Of a stretch of 64,000 bases of DNA, positions 63,502-64,000 are shown piece after piece. Numbering within the stretch: position 1 is the stretch's first letter; each line of letters opens with the position of its first letter. A program made the translations under genes and the position numbers. This DNA comes from Opitutia bacterium. GTDB lineage: Bacteria > Verrucomicrobiota > Verrucomicrobiia > Opitutales > T3Sed10-336. A model generated the notes under the pieces. The model searched no databases, was not told the DNA's origin, and saw only the letters and a list, made by a program, of their open reading frames with translations. Where the stretch lies: positions 1-64,000 of the forward strand of contig JBJHCF010000004.1 in assembly GCA_050506795.1 (NCBI GenBank), written 5' to 3'.

Positions 63502-63999
63502 TTATGCGACGATTTCTTCGCCTTTTTTGGTGAGTTTGTAGCCGTCTTTGCCGGTTCGAAAATAGCCCTCTGTCTTTCCTTTGAGCAAAACGCGCTGCAG
63601 GGAGCGCTTTGAACCGGCGTCGGGACCGCCGAGAGCATCATGGATTTCGCCTATTTTTTTTGCTCCCTCGTGGATCGCGCCCGCGACTTCCGCGAGGCTA
63701 AAGTTGGCGTTTGATCGCTTGCCTTCGACGTCGTCTTTCCATGCCTGGAGGTCGAATGTCGGGTCGATGCCGTAGAGCATCGTCTCTTCGGAGAGCTTCA
63801 AACCGACGGGATCGAAAGGCTTCGCGTCGTTCGATTTTCCGCAGGAAACAACGATGCGGCTCGGGTCGTCCGGATCGGCGGGGGCGATGTTGATCTGCGA
63901 GCGGCAACCCGAATAAAGCGCCTTCGAGCCGAGACCGAAGTTGGATTTATCCCACCCCACCGCCTGGGCGATGTTCTGCCGGCCGGTGCGCCCGTGATG
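63502..63999 (-). CDS. C-terminus of AAA/RepA-type (SF4-like) helicase or primase-helicase, truncated by window end
   Basis: Frame open to the edge: HHGRTG...GLGSKALYSGCRSQINI...CGKSN, followed by a winged-helix-like C-terminus. Confidence 0.7.
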   Translation of the reverse strand, partial: HHGRTGRQNIAQAVGWDKSNFGLGSKALYSGCRSQINIAPADPDDPSRIVVSCGKSNDAKPFDPVGLKLSEETMLYGIDPTFDLQAWKDDVEGKRSNANFSLAEVAGAIHEGAKKIGEIHDALGGPDAGSKRSLQRVLLKGKTEGYFRTGKDGYKLTKKGEEIVA

Positions 64000-64000
64000 A

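Larger units (their letters stand above)
48883..64000. mobile_element. Integrated prophage/phage-satellite-like element at tRNA-Ser, extending past the window end
   Basis: Integrase abuts the tRNA 3' end, followed by head/packaging genes, HTH, iterons and helicase; right att site not in window. Confidence 0.88.

Noticed and set aside
48883..64000. Transposable Mu-like prophage or diversity-generating retroelement
   Set aside because: No MuA/MuB or reverse transcriptase in the window; integration appears to be by tyrosine recombinase at a tRNA.

Overview
GC-rich bacterial chromosome window, probably Verrucomicrobiota/Opitutales-like; this is inferred from protein style only. Positions 1-48.9 kb are host genes: the tail of a RAYT-like Y1 transposase, rpmA-rplU, a subtilase, a PAS/hybrid histidine-kinase cluster, GH38, GH43 and a GH-A-like protein, nadE, rpe, putP, a GTAG-type REP array, katG, a G1PDH-like gene, folD, alkaline phosphatase, ybaB-recR, and a mannosylfructose-type osmolyte operon with MscS. 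From tRNA-Ser(GCT) (48790-48882) to the window end lies an integrated phage-like element. It has a tyrosine integrase, a Mu-like head and packaging module with no recognisable connector, tail or endolysin genes, an HTH protein, an iteron-like origin and an AAA/RepA-type helicase, which suggests a capsid-forming satellite. Inside it is a ~2 kb ORF-poor, strand-asymmetric, highly foldable region built from GNA-triloop hairpins and symmetric GNA-GC-GNA internal loops. The tail-less element and this structured region are the best candidates for an undescribed system. All family assignments come from motif recognition by eye, not database searches.
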